A stretch of 64,000 bases of DNA from Acutalibacteraceae bacterium. GTDB lineage: Bacteria; Bacillota; Clostridia; Oscillospirales; Acutalibacteraceae. Positions 17,750-27,064 of this stretch are shown piece by piece. Each line of letters opens with the position of its first letter. Position 1 is the first letter of the stretch. The stretch covers positions 2,191-66,190 of the forward strand of contig JAZUAC010000062.1 of the NCBI GenBank assembly GCA_045637775.1, given 5' to 3'. Below the pieces are notes generated by a model. The model was given only the letters and a program-made list of their open reading frames with translations. It did no database searches and was not told the origin of the DNA. Made by a program: the position numbers and the translations under genes.

Positions 17750-17778
17750 TTGATAAAACTCACTAAGGAGGCTTAATT

Positions 17779-18591
17779 ATGAAAAAATTATTAGCGTTGT
17801 TTTTAGTGTTGTTATTCTCGTTTTCGGCTTGTCAAGGCCATAAAACAGAAACCGATTCGCAAACGGCATATTCTGATGCGCCATTGGTTGAAAAAACCGA
17901 TAACGAGCAGGTTATCAAAGCGTTTACAGGTGACCTCTCGGACAAAGAACAGTCTGATGAACTCAGAATGCAGGTTTTTAAGACATACGAATATCACTGT
18001 GAGCCGATTGAGGTTAATGATAAATGCTCGGTTGTTTTTACCGCAGGGCAGGACGTGAAAAGTTGTCGAGTGCCACTGTATTCAAATGTCGATGTAAATG
18101 ATATCAAGAGTGAATTGAACGCGTATTATGATTCGTTTATCCCAACAACTGTAACCGATGGAGTTGTGGCGGTTTATGTTGGAGGTCTTTATAGTGGTGA
18201 ATTTGAAGCTGACTCAATTCGCAGTTTCCTTGTAAAAACCGCCGATGAAAGCGGTGAAAACGTACAATATTATTATTTTAGAGTCAAATATAATCCAAGA
18301 GCTGAAAACGAAAACATTAAACCTGTAACAATACCCGATGATTTTGATTACGATCAGTGGAAATTCAAGCATAACGGCAAGCTTTATAAAGCAACCGATA
18401 GGGTTGGTGAGCTGGATGAAATGTTTGAACGAATCGGCACTGTGATGGGGTGCGTAGAAGAAGCTTCAACCCCCACGCTTAACGGCTTTTCAAATTTCGG
18501 TTGCGTGGGTAGCGGATATTGCTACAACGATGAAGGTGAACTTCAAGTATTCACACCCGACGGTTGCTTGAGATACTTTGAAATCTGTTAA
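17779..18591 (+). CDS. Lipoprotein of unknown function (paralogous C-terminal domain)
   Basis: MKKLLALFLVLLFSFSAC lipobox. The C-terminus (PDDFDYDQWKFKHNGKLY...SNFGCVGSGYCYNDEGELQVFTPDGCLRYF) aligns with the preceding protein. Confidence 0.7.
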   Translation: MKKLLALFLVLLFSFSACQGHKTETDSQTAYSDAPLVEKTDNEQVIKAFTGDLSDKEQSDELRMQVFKTYEYHCEPIEVNDKCSVVFTAGQDVKSCRVPLYSNVDVNDIKSELNAYYDSFIPTTVTDGVVAVYVGGLYSGEFEADSIRSFLVKTADESGENVQYYYFRVKYNPRAENENIKPVTIPDDFDYDQWKFKHNGKLYKATDRVGELDEMFERIGTVMGCVEEASTPTLNGFSNFGCVGSGYCYNDEGELQVFTPDGCLRYFEIC

Positions 18592-18609
18592 TATTGACGG
18601 CAAAATAAG

Positions 18610-18650
18610 CAAAGGCTTGGTTCCGCGGTACCATTCCTTTGAGTTTTTAT
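18610..18650. terminator. Probable terminator hairpin between convergent genes
   Basis: CAAAGG...TGGTTCCGCGGTACCA...CCTTTG, an imperfect nested hairpin followed by AGTTTTTATTATTT. Confidence 0.45.
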
Positions 18651-18653
18651 TAT

Positions 18654-20261
18654 TTACTGCATATCTTCCTGCATCTGGCTGAATTCTTTCAAAACGAGAC
18701 CGGGATTTTTGTCCAATGCCCAATTTATCTCATATTCGGCAGTGAAGAGCAAAAGGTTTCTGCCCTTTACATCCTGAACCCATTTGGTGTTCTGCATAAG
18801 GTTTAAGGATTTTATATCAAGGTCGGTGTTTTCAATAAAACGCACAAGGCTGTGTGCCGTGTCCTGACGGCTGTATTTTACGCCGTATTCCGACTCCATT
18901 CTGAACTGCAAAACATCAAACTGAAGCATACCGACAACGCCGACATAAACGCGTTCCATACCCGAATTGGGCAAGAAGAACATCTGAATGGCACCCTCTT
19001 GAGCAATCTGGGTAATACCCTTGGCAAACTGCTTACGCTTCAAAGAGTCAATCTGCTCAACAATGGCAAAATGCTCGGGAGCAAAGGTGGGGATACCTGC
19101 ATATTCAACCTTCATAGCCTTTTCGCAAATGGTATCACCGATAGAGAAAATACCGGGGTCAAAAACACCGATAATATCACCTGCATACGCTTCGTCGATA
19201 ACCTCGCGTTCCTCGGCCATCATCTGCTGTGGACGGGAAAGCTTGATGGGTTTGTTGCCCTGAACATGGAAATATTCCTTGGAACGCTCAAATTTACCCG
19301 AACAGATTCGCATAAATGCAATTCGGTCGCGGTGAGCCTTGTTCATGTTGGCCTGAATCTTGAAAACAAAGGCCGAAAAATGCTCATTGGCAGGGTCGAT
19401 AAACTCATCACCCGAACGGTAGGCAAGCGGAGTGGTGGTCATCTTGAGGAAGTTTTCAAGGAAAGGCTCAATACCGAAGTTGTTAAGAGCCGAACCGAAG
19501 AAAACGGGGGTCAGCTTACCGCAACGAACCTGCTCCAAATCAAAGTCAAAGCTTGCACCGTCAAGCAACTCAACCTGGTCAACCAAATCGGCACGGGAAT
19601 ATTGACCGATAAGCTCATCCAGCTTCTCGGTGTCGGTTATGTCGCACTTAATGGCCTCAAGTCGGTCTGAACCACGGTGGGAATCCGAAAAGGTAAGAAT
19701 CTGATGGTTTTCGCGATCGTAAACACCCTTAAAGTCCTGACCGCAGCCAATAGGCCAGTTCATGGCATAGGTGCCGATACCAAACTCTTTTTCCAACTCG
19801 TCCAACAGCTCAAACGGGTCGCGTGCCTCACGGTCGAGCTTGTTTATAAAGGTAAATATCGGGATATGGCGCATTGCACAGACCTTGAAAAGCTTTCTTG
19901 TCTGCGGCTCGATACCCTTTGCGGCATCAATAACCATAACAACACTGTCGGCGGCCGTCAATGTACGGTAGGTATCCTCCGAGAAGTCCTGATGTCCCGG
20001 GGTGTCAAGAATATTGATGCAATATCCGTCATACTCAAACTGCAACACGGATGAGGTTATGGAAATACCTCTCTTCTTCTCAATCTCCATCCAGTCCGAA
20101 ACGGCATGCTTGTCGTTCTGCTTGCCCTTTACCGAGCCTGCACTTTGAATAGCTCTTCCGTAAAGCAAAAGCTTTTCGGTCAAGGTGGTTTTACCTGCGT
20201 CAGGGTGGGAGATTATCGCAAAGGTTCGTCTGCGCAAAATTTCCGATTTGATGTCAGCCAT
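18654..20261 (-). CDS. prfC: Peptide chain release factor 3
   Basis: 535 aa. RRTFAIISHPDAGKTTLTEKLLLYG, DTPGHQDF and NKLD are translational-GTPase motifs in the RF3 pattern. Confidence 0.95.
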   Translation of the reverse strand: MADIKSEILRRRTFAIISHPDAGKTTLTEKLLLYGRAIQSAGSVKGKQNDKHAVSDWMEIEKKRGISITSSVLQFEYDGYCINILDTPGHQDFSEDTYRTLTAADSVVMVIDAAKGIEPQTRKLFKVCAMRHIPIFTFINKLDREARDPFELLDELEKEFGIGTYAMNWPIGCGQDFKGVYDRENHQILTFSDSHRGSDRLEAIKCDITDTEKLDELIGQYSRADLVDQVELLDGASFDFDLEQVRCGKLTPVFFGSALNNFGIEPFLENFLKMTTTPLAYRSGDEFIDPANEHFSAFVFKIQANMNKAHRDRIAFMRICSGKFERSKEYFHVQGNKPIKLSRPQQMMAEEREVIDEAYAGDIIGVFDPGIFSIGDTICEKAMKVEYAGIPTFAPEHFAIVEQIDSLKRKQFAKGITQIAQEGAIQMFFLPNSGMERVYVGVVGMLQFDVLQFRMESEYGVKYSRQDTAHSLVRFIENTDLDIKSLNLMQNTKWVQDVKGRNLLLFTAEYEINWALDKNPGLVLKEFSQMQEDMQ

Positions 20262-20499
20262 TTTTATACTCCTTTTTATTTAAAGGTATAATTTCTTCAT
20301 AACTAATACATATTACCATAATTTTGACCGTTTGGCAAGAAAAAATTATGTCGCGTTTTGTCAAAATGTTTTTAAAATTAAAGGCGTTACTTTATTGAAA
20401 AATCACACAGTTTGTGTTATCATAAAAATTGTTAACCGTTGTAAACATAACCGTGCGGCCAAACTACCAAGGCTTTGCGGTAACAGAATGGAGAATATT

Positions 20500-20862
20500 A
20501 TGAAACAGATCGGCTCAAGAATCCGAAAATTGAGAAATGCACAAGGATGGACCCAAGGCGAATTGGCGGAAAAATTGGAGATTTCACCCAGCACTGTTGG
20601 AATGTATGAGCAAGGACGCCGTAAACCCGACGGTGAAATGCTGGTTAAGCTGTGTGAGGTGTTTTCGGTGTCTACCGACAGTCTTTTGGGCGTTTCGGAG
20701 CCGACAAGAGAGGCTACCGATATTATAAAAGAAATGAGTGACCGCATCAGGCGTGATAAGGGGATCATGCTCAACGGAGCCCCAATGTCGGAAGTGGATA
20801 GGGAAAAGCTGCTTGACGCCATAGAGTTTGCAACCGGCGTAATGCTTGCAAAAAAGGTATAA
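20500..20862 (+). CDS. XRE family helix-turn-helix transcriptional regulator
   Basis: MKQIGSRIRKLRNAQGWTQGELAEKLEISPSTVGMYEQGRRKP. Start chosen at ATG 20500 (GGAG 7 nt upstream) instead of the ORF-track 20332. Confidence 0.8.
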   Translation: MKQIGSRIRKLRNAQGWTQGELAEKLEISPSTVGMYEQGRRKPDGEMLVKLCEVFSVSTDSLLGVSEPTREATDIIKEMSDRIRRDKGIMLNGAPMSEVDREKLLDAIEFATGVMLAKKV

Positions 20863-20944
20863 GGTCAGCTTGAACATGGATGTGGGTTTTTAATGCGTCT
20901 TGAATGTTCAAAATATATAAATTTTCAAAACGCGAAAATTTGTG

Positions 20945-20974
20945 TTGACATTAGGGCACAGTTTGAGTTATAAT
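20945..20974 (+). promoter_or_regulatory. Strong sigma-A promoter TTGACA-18-TATAAT for rpmH
   Basis: -35 TTGACA at 20945-20950, -10 TATAAT at 20969-20974, about 95 nt upstream of rpmH. Confidence 0.65.
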
Positions 20975-21067
20975 CCTAAATTGATAGGTTATGTCTGTAA
21001 TTATGTTTTACGGCATTTCCTCAGAAAAAAGCGATAGAACGCAAGACCTAAAAAGGAGGTTAGAACC

Positions 21068-21202
21068 ATGAAAAGAACTTATCAGCCCAAGAAGCTTCAC
21101 AGAATGAAGGAGCATGGCTTCCGCAAGAGAATGTCCACCGCTAACGGCCGCAAGGTACTTGCCCGCCGCAGAGCAAAAGGCAGACAGAGCCTCACCTACT
21201 GA
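21068..21202 (+). CDS. rpmH: 50S ribosomal protein L34
   Basis: Own translation; too short for the ORF track. [44 protein letters not shown], with RBS AAGGAGG 7 nt upstream. Confidence 0.95.
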   Translation: MKRTYQPKKLHRMKEHGFRKRMSTANGRKVLARRRAKGRQSLTY

Positions 21203-21203
21203 T

Positions 21204-21227
21204 GAAAGGTCACTTGAGTGACCTTTC
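21204..21227 (+). terminator. Hairpin between rpmH and rnpA (weak terminator or processing signal)
   Basis: GAAAGGTCAC-ttga-GTGACCTTTC, a perfect 10-bp stem but only a short T tail (TTATAT). Confidence 0.35.
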
Positions 21228-21272
21228 TTATATGGTAGAGGTTTGTCAAAATTTTGGAACGGAAGGTTTTTG

Positions 21273-21620
21273 ATGGACTCTGTAAAGTTGAATCTTAACA
21301 AGGATTTCAGGCGTCTTTACGGCAGAGGCAAGTCACAGGTGCACCCTCTGTTGGTTACTTATATTGCAAACAGCCGCCGTAATTGTATTCGTTACGGCAT
21401 AACCACCGGCAAAAAGATCGGCGGTGCTGTCGAGCGCAACCGTGCAAGGCGTGTTATTGAGGCAGCCATGCGTGAATGCCTTAGAGAGATCGAGTCCGCT
21501 TCGGCAGACATTGTTTTTGTTGCCCGTTCAAGAACCGTTACAGCCAAAAGCCACGAAGTGGCCGCGGTAATGAAAAAGCACCTAAAACAGGGCGGCTTGG
21601 TTCCGCCTTCGTCGAAATGA
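21273..21620 (+). CDS. rnpA: Ribonuclease P protein component
   Basis: MDSVKLNLNKDFRRLYGRGKS...GITTGKKIGGAVERNRARR, the RnpA RNR motif. Position after rpmH. Start at ATG 21273. Confidence 0.9.
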   Translation: MDSVKLNLNKDFRRLYGRGKSQVHPLLVTYIANSRRNCIRYGITTGKKIGGAVERNRARRVIEAAMRECLREIESASADIVFVARSRTVTAKSHEVAAVMKKHLKQGGLVPPSSK

Positions 21621-21892
21621 AGTATATTTTTATTGCACTGATAAAGGGGTATCGTCGGTTTATATCACCGTTGAAGGCCTCTTGCTGCCGTTTCACACCA
21701 ACCTGTTCACAGTATGCAATCGAAGCATTCCGCGAAAGAGGTGCTATAATAGGTTTTGGTCTTACGGTGTGGCGTATTTGTCGGTGCAGCCCATTGTGTA
21801 AGGGTGGATATGATCCTGTGCCCTTAAGGAAAAAGGATAAAAAATTAAAAGACAGAGAATTTTTGTCCGACAAAGCTAAAGGTCGGAAGTAA
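21617..21892 (+). CDS. yidD: Membrane protein insertion efficiency factor YidD
   Basis: YRRFISPLKASCCRFTPTCSQYAIEAF...RICRCSPLCKGGYDPVP is the canonical YidD motif. 4-nt overlap with rnpA. Confidence 0.9.
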   Translation: MKYIFIALIKGYRRFISPLKASCCRFTPTCSQYAIEAFRERGAIIGFGLTVWRICRCSPLCKGGYDPVPLRKKDKKLKDREFLSDKAKGRK

Positions 21893-21902
21893 AGGAATTG
21901 CT

Positions 21903-23054
21903 ATGGGTTTTATCAGTAAGCCGATGGGATGGATACTGTCCCAGATAAGTACATTATTCAGCGATAATTTCGCAGTATCGGTTTTGGTGTTTACTATTCT
22001 CGTAAACGTCATTATGTTGCCGCTTACCTTAAAGTCGCAGAAGTCGACCGCAAAGCAGGCAAAAGTTAAGCACAAGCTTGATGCATTGAAGAAAAAGTAT
22101 GGTGATGACCGTCAGAAGTACAGTCAGGCCATGCAAGAGGTTTACAATAAGGAAGGAATTTCCATGGGCGGCGGTTGTTTGCCCATGATTATCCGTCTCG
22201 TCATTATGATGGGCGTTTACTACGCAATTTTCAGTCCGTTTACCTATGTTGTCGGCAATAGCGATAAAGCTATCAATACTGCTTACAATTGGGTTTCTTA
22301 TGTCCGCGTTGCCGAGGATTACGGTGATAATGATATTTCGGCAGACGATTGGAAGGCTTTAGGTCTTGAAGCCAAAACTCAAGAACTCAGCGAAGAAGCT
22401 AAAAAGCTCGGTTATCAGAACGCAGAGCACTATGCAAAGGTTGTAATTGTCAGCGAAGTCAATAAGCTTGATAAGTCTGCCGTTGCCGACGGTTCGGCTC
22501 AAAAGCGTGTCCGTGATAAGACCGATGCATGCAAAGTAACCAGAGAGCTTGAAATAGCTAACTATATCACTGCTGATGCCAAGGAATTTGAACCTGTTGT
22601 TTTGACAAAATTCCAAGAGCAGGGCGGTAAGGTTGGAGATATCAATTACAACCTCTTCGGTATCGACCTCAGAGATACTCCCGATTTTGGCTGGAATATT
22701 GCTGAAAAATGGGAAGCTAACTGGATCATTCCGTTGGCATCGTTTGCCGCATCTTTGTTGACCGGTATCATCTCGCAGATCATCCAGAAGAAGACCAATC
22801 CCGGAGCTCCCAACATGATGGCAATGATGCTCATTATGCCTTTGTTCTCGCTCTACATCGCATTTGGATTCCCCTGTGCGGTTGGTTTCTATTGGGCTTG
22901 CTCAAGTTTGGTTTCCGGCGGATTGCAGGTTCTCACTCAGGTGTTCTACGGACCCAATGTTGTAAATGCAAGAGATCAGGTCAAGAGTATCTTGACCCGT
23001 GCTAAATACGAACAGAGTATAATTGCCTCGGCTGAAAGCAAAGAGGCTGAATAA
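21903..23054 (+). CDS. yidC: YidC/Oxa1 family membrane insertase (unusually long cytoplasmic or loop insert)
   Basis: Conserved YidC core (LPLTLKSQKS...MQEVYNKEGISMGGGCLPMIIRL...FGIDL...PLFSLYIAFGFPCAVGFYW). About 130 extra aa lie between the core helices. Synteny after yidD. Confidence 0.85.
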   Translation: MGFISKPMGWILSQISTLFSDNFAVSVLVFTILVNVIMLPLTLKSQKSTAKQAKVKHKLDALKKKYGDDRQKYSQAMQEVYNKEGISMGGGCLPMIIRLVIMMGVYYAIFSPFTYVVGNSDKAINTAYNWVSYVRVAEDYGDNDISADDWKALGLEAKTQELSEEAKKLGYQNAEHYAKVVIVSEVNKLDKSAVADGSAQKRVRDKTDACKVTRELEIANYITADAKEFEPVVLTKFQEQGGKVGDINYNLFGIDLRDTPDFGWNIAEKWEANWIIPLASFAASLLTGIISQIIQKKTNPGAPNMMAMMLIMPLFSLYIAFGFPCAVGFYWACSSLVSGGLQVLTQVFYGPNVVNARDQVKSILTRAKYEQSIIASAESKEAE

Positions 23055-23083
23055 GCTACACACCCCTTTAGGAGGAATATAAG

Positions 23084-24067
23084 TTGATAATCAAGGAAGC
23101 TATCGGCGTAGGCAGTACCGTTGAGGCTGCTCATGAGGATGCTCTTGCAAAGCTCAACGCCGCTTTGGATGAAGATGTACAGTTTGAAATATTAACTGTT
23201 GCAAAGAAAAAAGTTTTGGGCCTTTTTGGCGGATGTGACGCCAAGGTCAGAGTTTATGTCGAAGGACCCGACCCCGCACCCAAGAAGGAAAAACCCAACA
23301 AGGGTGACAATCGTAACAAGAAGAACGATCGCCGTGAAAAGCCGGCTGATCGTCCCCAGAAGCAGCAGAAGGCTGCTGAACCTAAGGTTGAAAAGACTGA
23401 AGTCCAAGAGGTTGAGGTTCAGGGCGTACCCGCAAGCGAGGTTGATGCTTCTTCCCAGGCAGGCAGAGCCTATGCCTATTTGAAGGAAGTTCTTTTGAAA
23501 CTTGGCTGCGAGGAAGTTGACGCTGTTATCAGCGAGGTTGAGGGTGGTTCCAAAATCACCTTGAAGGGCAGCGATAAGCTTGGTGTTATCATCGGCCGTC
23601 GCGGCGAGACCCTTGATGCATTGCAGTATCTTGCATCGCTTGTTGCTAATGAAAACGGTGGCGGTTACTATCGCATCGTTATAGATATCGGCAATTACCG
23701 TGAGAAACGCGAATCCACTCTTGAGGCTTTGGCAAATAGAACTGCCGGTCAGGTACTCCGTACCGGTCGCAGCCGTTCTTTGGAGCCTATGAACCCTTAT
23801 GAGCGCCGCGTTATCCACACCGCAGTTCAGAATATCGAAGGTGTTGAATCCACCTCGGTTGGCGACGGTGCAAACCGCCGTGTTGTTATCTACCCCGAGG
23901 GCAAGCCTTTCCGTATGCCTGAAGACCGCAGAGGCGGTCGCGGTGGCAGAGACCGCAGAAACGGTGGCAACCGCAACCGTTCCGCAAAGCCTGCCGCATC
24001 GGAAGCTCCTGCAGTTCAGAAGCCTAAGGAGACTGACGGCACCAAGCTTTACGGAAAACTTAAATAA
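23084..24067 (+). CDS. jag: Jag/KhpB-type RNA-binding protein (Jag_N, KH, R3H) with K/E-rich linker and RGG-rich tail
   Basis: TTG start after AGGAGG. GVIIGRRGETLDALQYL (KH), EPMNPYERRVIHTAV (R3H), and a C-terminal RRGGRGGRDRRNGGNRNR tail. Confidence 0.85.
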   Translation: MIIKEAIGVGSTVEAAHEDALAKLNAALDEDVQFEILTVAKKKVLGLFGGCDAKVRVYVEGPDPAPKKEKPNKGDNRNKKNDRREKPADRPQKQQKAAEPKVEKTEVQEVEVQGVPASEVDASSQAGRAYAYLKEVLLKLGCEEVDAVISEVEGGSKITLKGSDKLGVIIGRRGETLDALQYLASLVANENGGGYYRIVIDIGNYREKRESTLEALANRTAGQVLRTGRSRSLEPMNPYERRVIHTAVQNIEGVESTSVGDGANRRVVIYPEGKPFRMPEDRRGGRGGRDRRNGGNRNRSAKPAASEAPAVQKPKETDGTKLYGKLK

Positions 24068-24101
24068 AATATCGGCGCACGGAATCCGTGGCCTTACCGA
24101 A

Positions 24102-24144
24102 ATGGATACGGCGTCCTGAATTTGCGCTGTATCCATTTTGTCTT
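24102..24144 (+). terminator. Intrinsic terminator after jag
   Basis: ATGGATACGGCG-loop-CGCTGTATCCAT (one G-U pair) followed by TTTGTCTT. Confidence 0.6.
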
Positions 24145-24159
24145 GAAAGGAGTACCGTT

Positions 24160-24351
24160 ATGGATGTATCGGTTGGCGATAAACTAATCATGAAAAAACC
24201 GCATCCGTGCGGTTGCAACACTTTTTTGGTGCTTCGTTCGGGCATGGATTTCAAGCTGAAATGTGATGGTTGCTCACATGAGGTCATGCTGTCCCGTGTC
24301 AAGGCCGAAAAGAATATAAAACAGATTGTAAAGGGAAACACAAATGTTTGA
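24160..24351 (+). CDS. DUF951 family protein
   Basis: [46 protein letters not shown], the conserved DUF951 Cys pattern. Start at ATG 24160 after GGAG. Confidence 0.8.
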   Translation: MDVSVGDKLIMKKPHPCGCNTFLVLRSGMDFKLKCDGCSHEVMLSRVKAEKNIKQIVKGNTNV

Positions 24352-25420
24352 TAAGTTAGATGCAGTTGATGTGCGCTTTGAAGAAATCGGTTTGAGAATG
24401 ACCGACCCTACCGTCATTGCCAATGCAAGCCTTTTGACCGATTTGATGAAGGAACACCGTCAGCTTGAGCCGTTGGTGACAACCTACCGTGAGTACAAAA
24501 AGGCAAAGTCGGACATGCAGGGTGCTTTGGATATGCTTGAATCAGGAGAACTTGATGCCGAACTTAAAGAGCTTGCCGATGAAGAGCTCAATGATGCTAA
24601 AAAGAGAATCGAGCAGTTGACCGACGAGCTGAAAATCCTGCTTTTGCCCAAAGACCCCAACGATGAACGAAATGTCATTGTTGAAATCAGAGGCGGCGCA
24701 GGCGGTGAGGAATCGGCACTTTTTGCCGCAAGCCTTTACCGTATGTACACCATGTATGCCGAGTCGCGTCGTTGGCATGTTGAGTTGGTTGGCGCAAACG
24801 AGACCGAGCTTGGCGGATATAAGGAAATCAGCTTCATGATTGAAGGTTTTGGTGCATATTCGAGAATGAAGTATGAAAGCGGTGTTCACCGTGTTCAGCG
24901 TGTACCCGAAACCGAGACTCAAGGTAGAATCCATACCTCGACGGTTACGGTGGCCGTTTTACCCGAGGCCGAGGATGTTGAGATTGAAATAAACCCCGCA
25001 GATTTGCAGATTGACACCTACCGCGCAGGCGGTGCAGGCGGTCAGCACGTTAATAAGACCGAGTCGGCCATCAGAATCACCCATTTGCCCACAGGTTTGG
25101 TGGTTGAATGTCAGGATGAACGAAGCCAGTATAAAAATAAAGATAAGGCAATGAAGGTTTTGAGGTCTCGTCTTTATGAGCAGATGGTCACCGAGCAGAA
25201 TGAGGCCATTGCAGGTGAACGGCGCGCACAGGTTGGCACGGGTGACCGTTCCGAACGAATCAGAACCTACAACTTCCCGCAGGGAAGAATGACCGACCAC
25301 CGAATCGGTCTTACACTTTATAAATTAGACCAGATAATGAACGGCGATATTGACGATATAGTGGATGCGCTCATAACTCACTATCGCACCGAAATGCTTA
25401 AAGCGCAGGAAGATAATTAA
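24344..25420 (+). CDS. prfA: Peptide chain release factor 1
   Basis: [25 protein letters not shown] (GGQ motif) and a PET tripeptide of the RF1 PxT type. Confidence 0.97.
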   Translation: MFDKLDAVDVRFEEIGLRMTDPTVIANASLLTDLMKEHRQLEPLVTTYREYKKAKSDMQGALDMLESGELDAELKELADEELNDAKKRIEQLTDELKILLLPKDPNDERNVIVEIRGGAGGEESALFAASLYRMYTMYAESRRWHVELVGANETELGGYKEISFMIEGFGAYSRMKYESGVHRVQRVPETETQGRIHTSTVTVAVLPEAEDVEIEINPADLQIDTYRAGGAGGQHVNKTESAIRITHLPTGLVVECQDERSQYKNKDKAMKVLRSRLYEQMVTEQNEAIAGERRAQVGTGDRSERIRTYNFPQGRMTDHRIGLTLYKLDQIMNGDIDDIVDALITHYRTEMLKAQEDN

Positions 25421-25442
25421 CCGTGAACGAAAGGAGAAGCCT

Positions 25443-26474
25443 ATGCAGACCGAGAGATTGACGGTATTTGACATAGAAAAGGATAAAGAAGCTTTGCTGA
25501 GGGCTGCCGAGATTTTGCAAAACGGCGGTCTTGTCGGTATACCCACCGAAACGGTCTACGGTCTTGCCGCAAACACGTTTGATGAAAAGGCTATCTCCAA
25601 TATTTTTAGGGCAAAGGGCAGACCGCAGGACAATCCCTTGATTGTCCATGTGTCGGATATGGAAATGGTCAAGAGTTTAGTGTCCGAAATGCCCGAAAAG
25701 GCGTTTGAGTGTGCCGAAAAATTCTGGCCGGGACCCTTTACCATGGTTTTGCCGAGAGGTGAAAAGGTACCTAAATCGGTCAGCGCAGGTCTTGATACGG
25801 TGGCGGTGCGTATGCCGTCTAATCCCGTAGCGCGTGAATTGATAAAGGTGTCGGGATTGCCGTTGGCGGCACCCTCGGCCAATCTTTCGGGCTCACCGAG
25901 TCCCACTACGGCCGAACATGTTTTGTTTGACCTCGACGGTAGGATAGATGCCGTTATAATATCGGATAAATGCGAGGTTGGACTCGAGTCGACGGTTATT
26001 TCATTGTGCACCGAGCCTCCGAGATTGCTTCGACCCGGCGGCGTTACACTTGAACAGTTGCAGGAGGTTTTGCCTGATATAGTGGTTGATAAAGCCGTTT
26101 TGGCCGAGCCTGAAAAAGGCAAGCCTGTGGCATCACCCGGCATGAAATACAAGCATTATTCACCCAAAGCACGTGTTGTTATGCTCGACGGTTCGTTTGA
26201 TGATTTCAAAAAATATGTTGCCGAAAACACCGATGAAGGCACCTTCGCTTTGGTGTTCGACGGTGAAGAGAAGGAACTTTCGGTGCCTTGCGTTTCGTTT
26301 GGCCATAAAGGTAACGAAGCTGAACAGGCTGCCGTATTGTTTGATGCTTTGCGTGAGTTGGACAACCGCGGTTGCAAGGTTTGTTTTGCACGTGTACCTC
26401 AAAAATCGGGCGTTGGTCTTGCGGTTTACAACCGACTTATCCGTGCCGCCGCGTTTGAGGTGATCGAGTTATGA
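25443..26474 (+). CDS. tsaC: L-threonylcarbamoyladenylate synthase (Sua5/YwlC type)
   Basis: GGLVGIPTETVYGLAANTFDEKAISNIFRAKGRPQDNPLIVHV...SANLSG, plus a Sua5 C-terminal domain. 343 aa. Confidence 0.9.
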   Translation: MQTERLTVFDIEKDKEALLRAAEILQNGGLVGIPTETVYGLAANTFDEKAISNIFRAKGRPQDNPLIVHVSDMEMVKSLVSEMPEKAFECAEKFWPGPFTMVLPRGEKVPKSVSAGLDTVAVRMPSNPVARELIKVSGLPLAAPSANLSGSPSPTTAEHVLFDLDGRIDAVIISDKCEVGLESTVISLCTEPPRLLRPGGVTLEQLQEVLPDIVVDKAVLAEPEKGKPVASPGMKYKHYSPKARVVMLDGSFDDFKKYVAENTDEGTFALVFDGEEKELSVPCVSFGHKGNEAEQAAVLFDALRELDNRGCKVCFARVPQKSGVGLAVYNRLIRAAAFEVIEL

Positions 26475-27064
26475 AGATTATCGGATTGACAGGCCCTTCG
26501 GGTAGCGGAAAATCAACCGTTGCCGATATGTTGAAACAACATGGCGTTGTTGTTATAGACTGTGATTTGGTTGCACGCGAGGTTGTCGAAAAGGGCAGTC
26601 CTTTGCTTGATATTTTAGGTGAGGCTTTTGGTGAGGAAATAATCTTGCCCGACGGCAGTTTGGACCGTAAAATGCTGGCAAAAAAGGCTTTTTGTGACGC
26701 TGAATCTACCGATTTGCTTAACTCGATAATGTTACCGTTTATTTCGGACAGAATAACCGAAATGCTTGATTTATATAAAAACGACGGGGTCGAGTGCGTT
26801 TTGTTGGATGCACCAACCCTTTATCAAAGCGGGTTGGATAGTATTTGTCATGCTGTTTTGGCGGTGCTTTGTCCTAAAGAGATAAGAAAACAGCGCATAA
26901 TGGAGCGCGACAAATTGACAGACGAGCAGGCCGAGACACGGCTTAACGCTTCGCCTGATGACATATTCTATACTGAAAAGACACCGCATATAGTGATAAA
27001 TAACGGAGATATGGATGAATTTTTGCGCCGTGTCTCGAAAATTTTCGGAGAGATAATTAAATAA
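26471..27064 (+). CDS. coaE: Dephospho-CoA kinase
   Basis: MKIIGLTGPSGSGKSTVADML P-loop and the CoaE length and layout. 4-nt overlap with tsaC. Confidence 0.9.
   Translation: MKIIGLTGPSGSGKSTVADMLKQHGVVVIDCDLVAREVVEKGSPLLDILGEAFGEEIILPDGSLDRKMLAKKAFCDAESTDLLNSIMLPFISDRITEMLDLYKNDGVECVLLDAPTLYQSGLDSICHAVLAVLCPKEIRKQRIMERDKLTDEQAETRLNASPDDIFYTEKTPHIVINNGDMDEFLRRVSKIFGEIIK

Noticed and set aside
20868-20912. Inverted repeat TTGAACAT...ATGTTCAA downstream of the XRE gene
   Set aside because: The stem is only 8 bp with a 26-nt loop and no T-tract. This is too weak to call a terminator or operator.
20262-21067. Possible oriC next to rpmH
   Set aside because: No cluster of DnaA boxes occurs here. 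The only perfect TTATCCACA copies I found are isolated inside coding sequence (23811-23819 in jag, 57790-57798 in the S1 region). dnaA is not in the window. GC skew was not computed.
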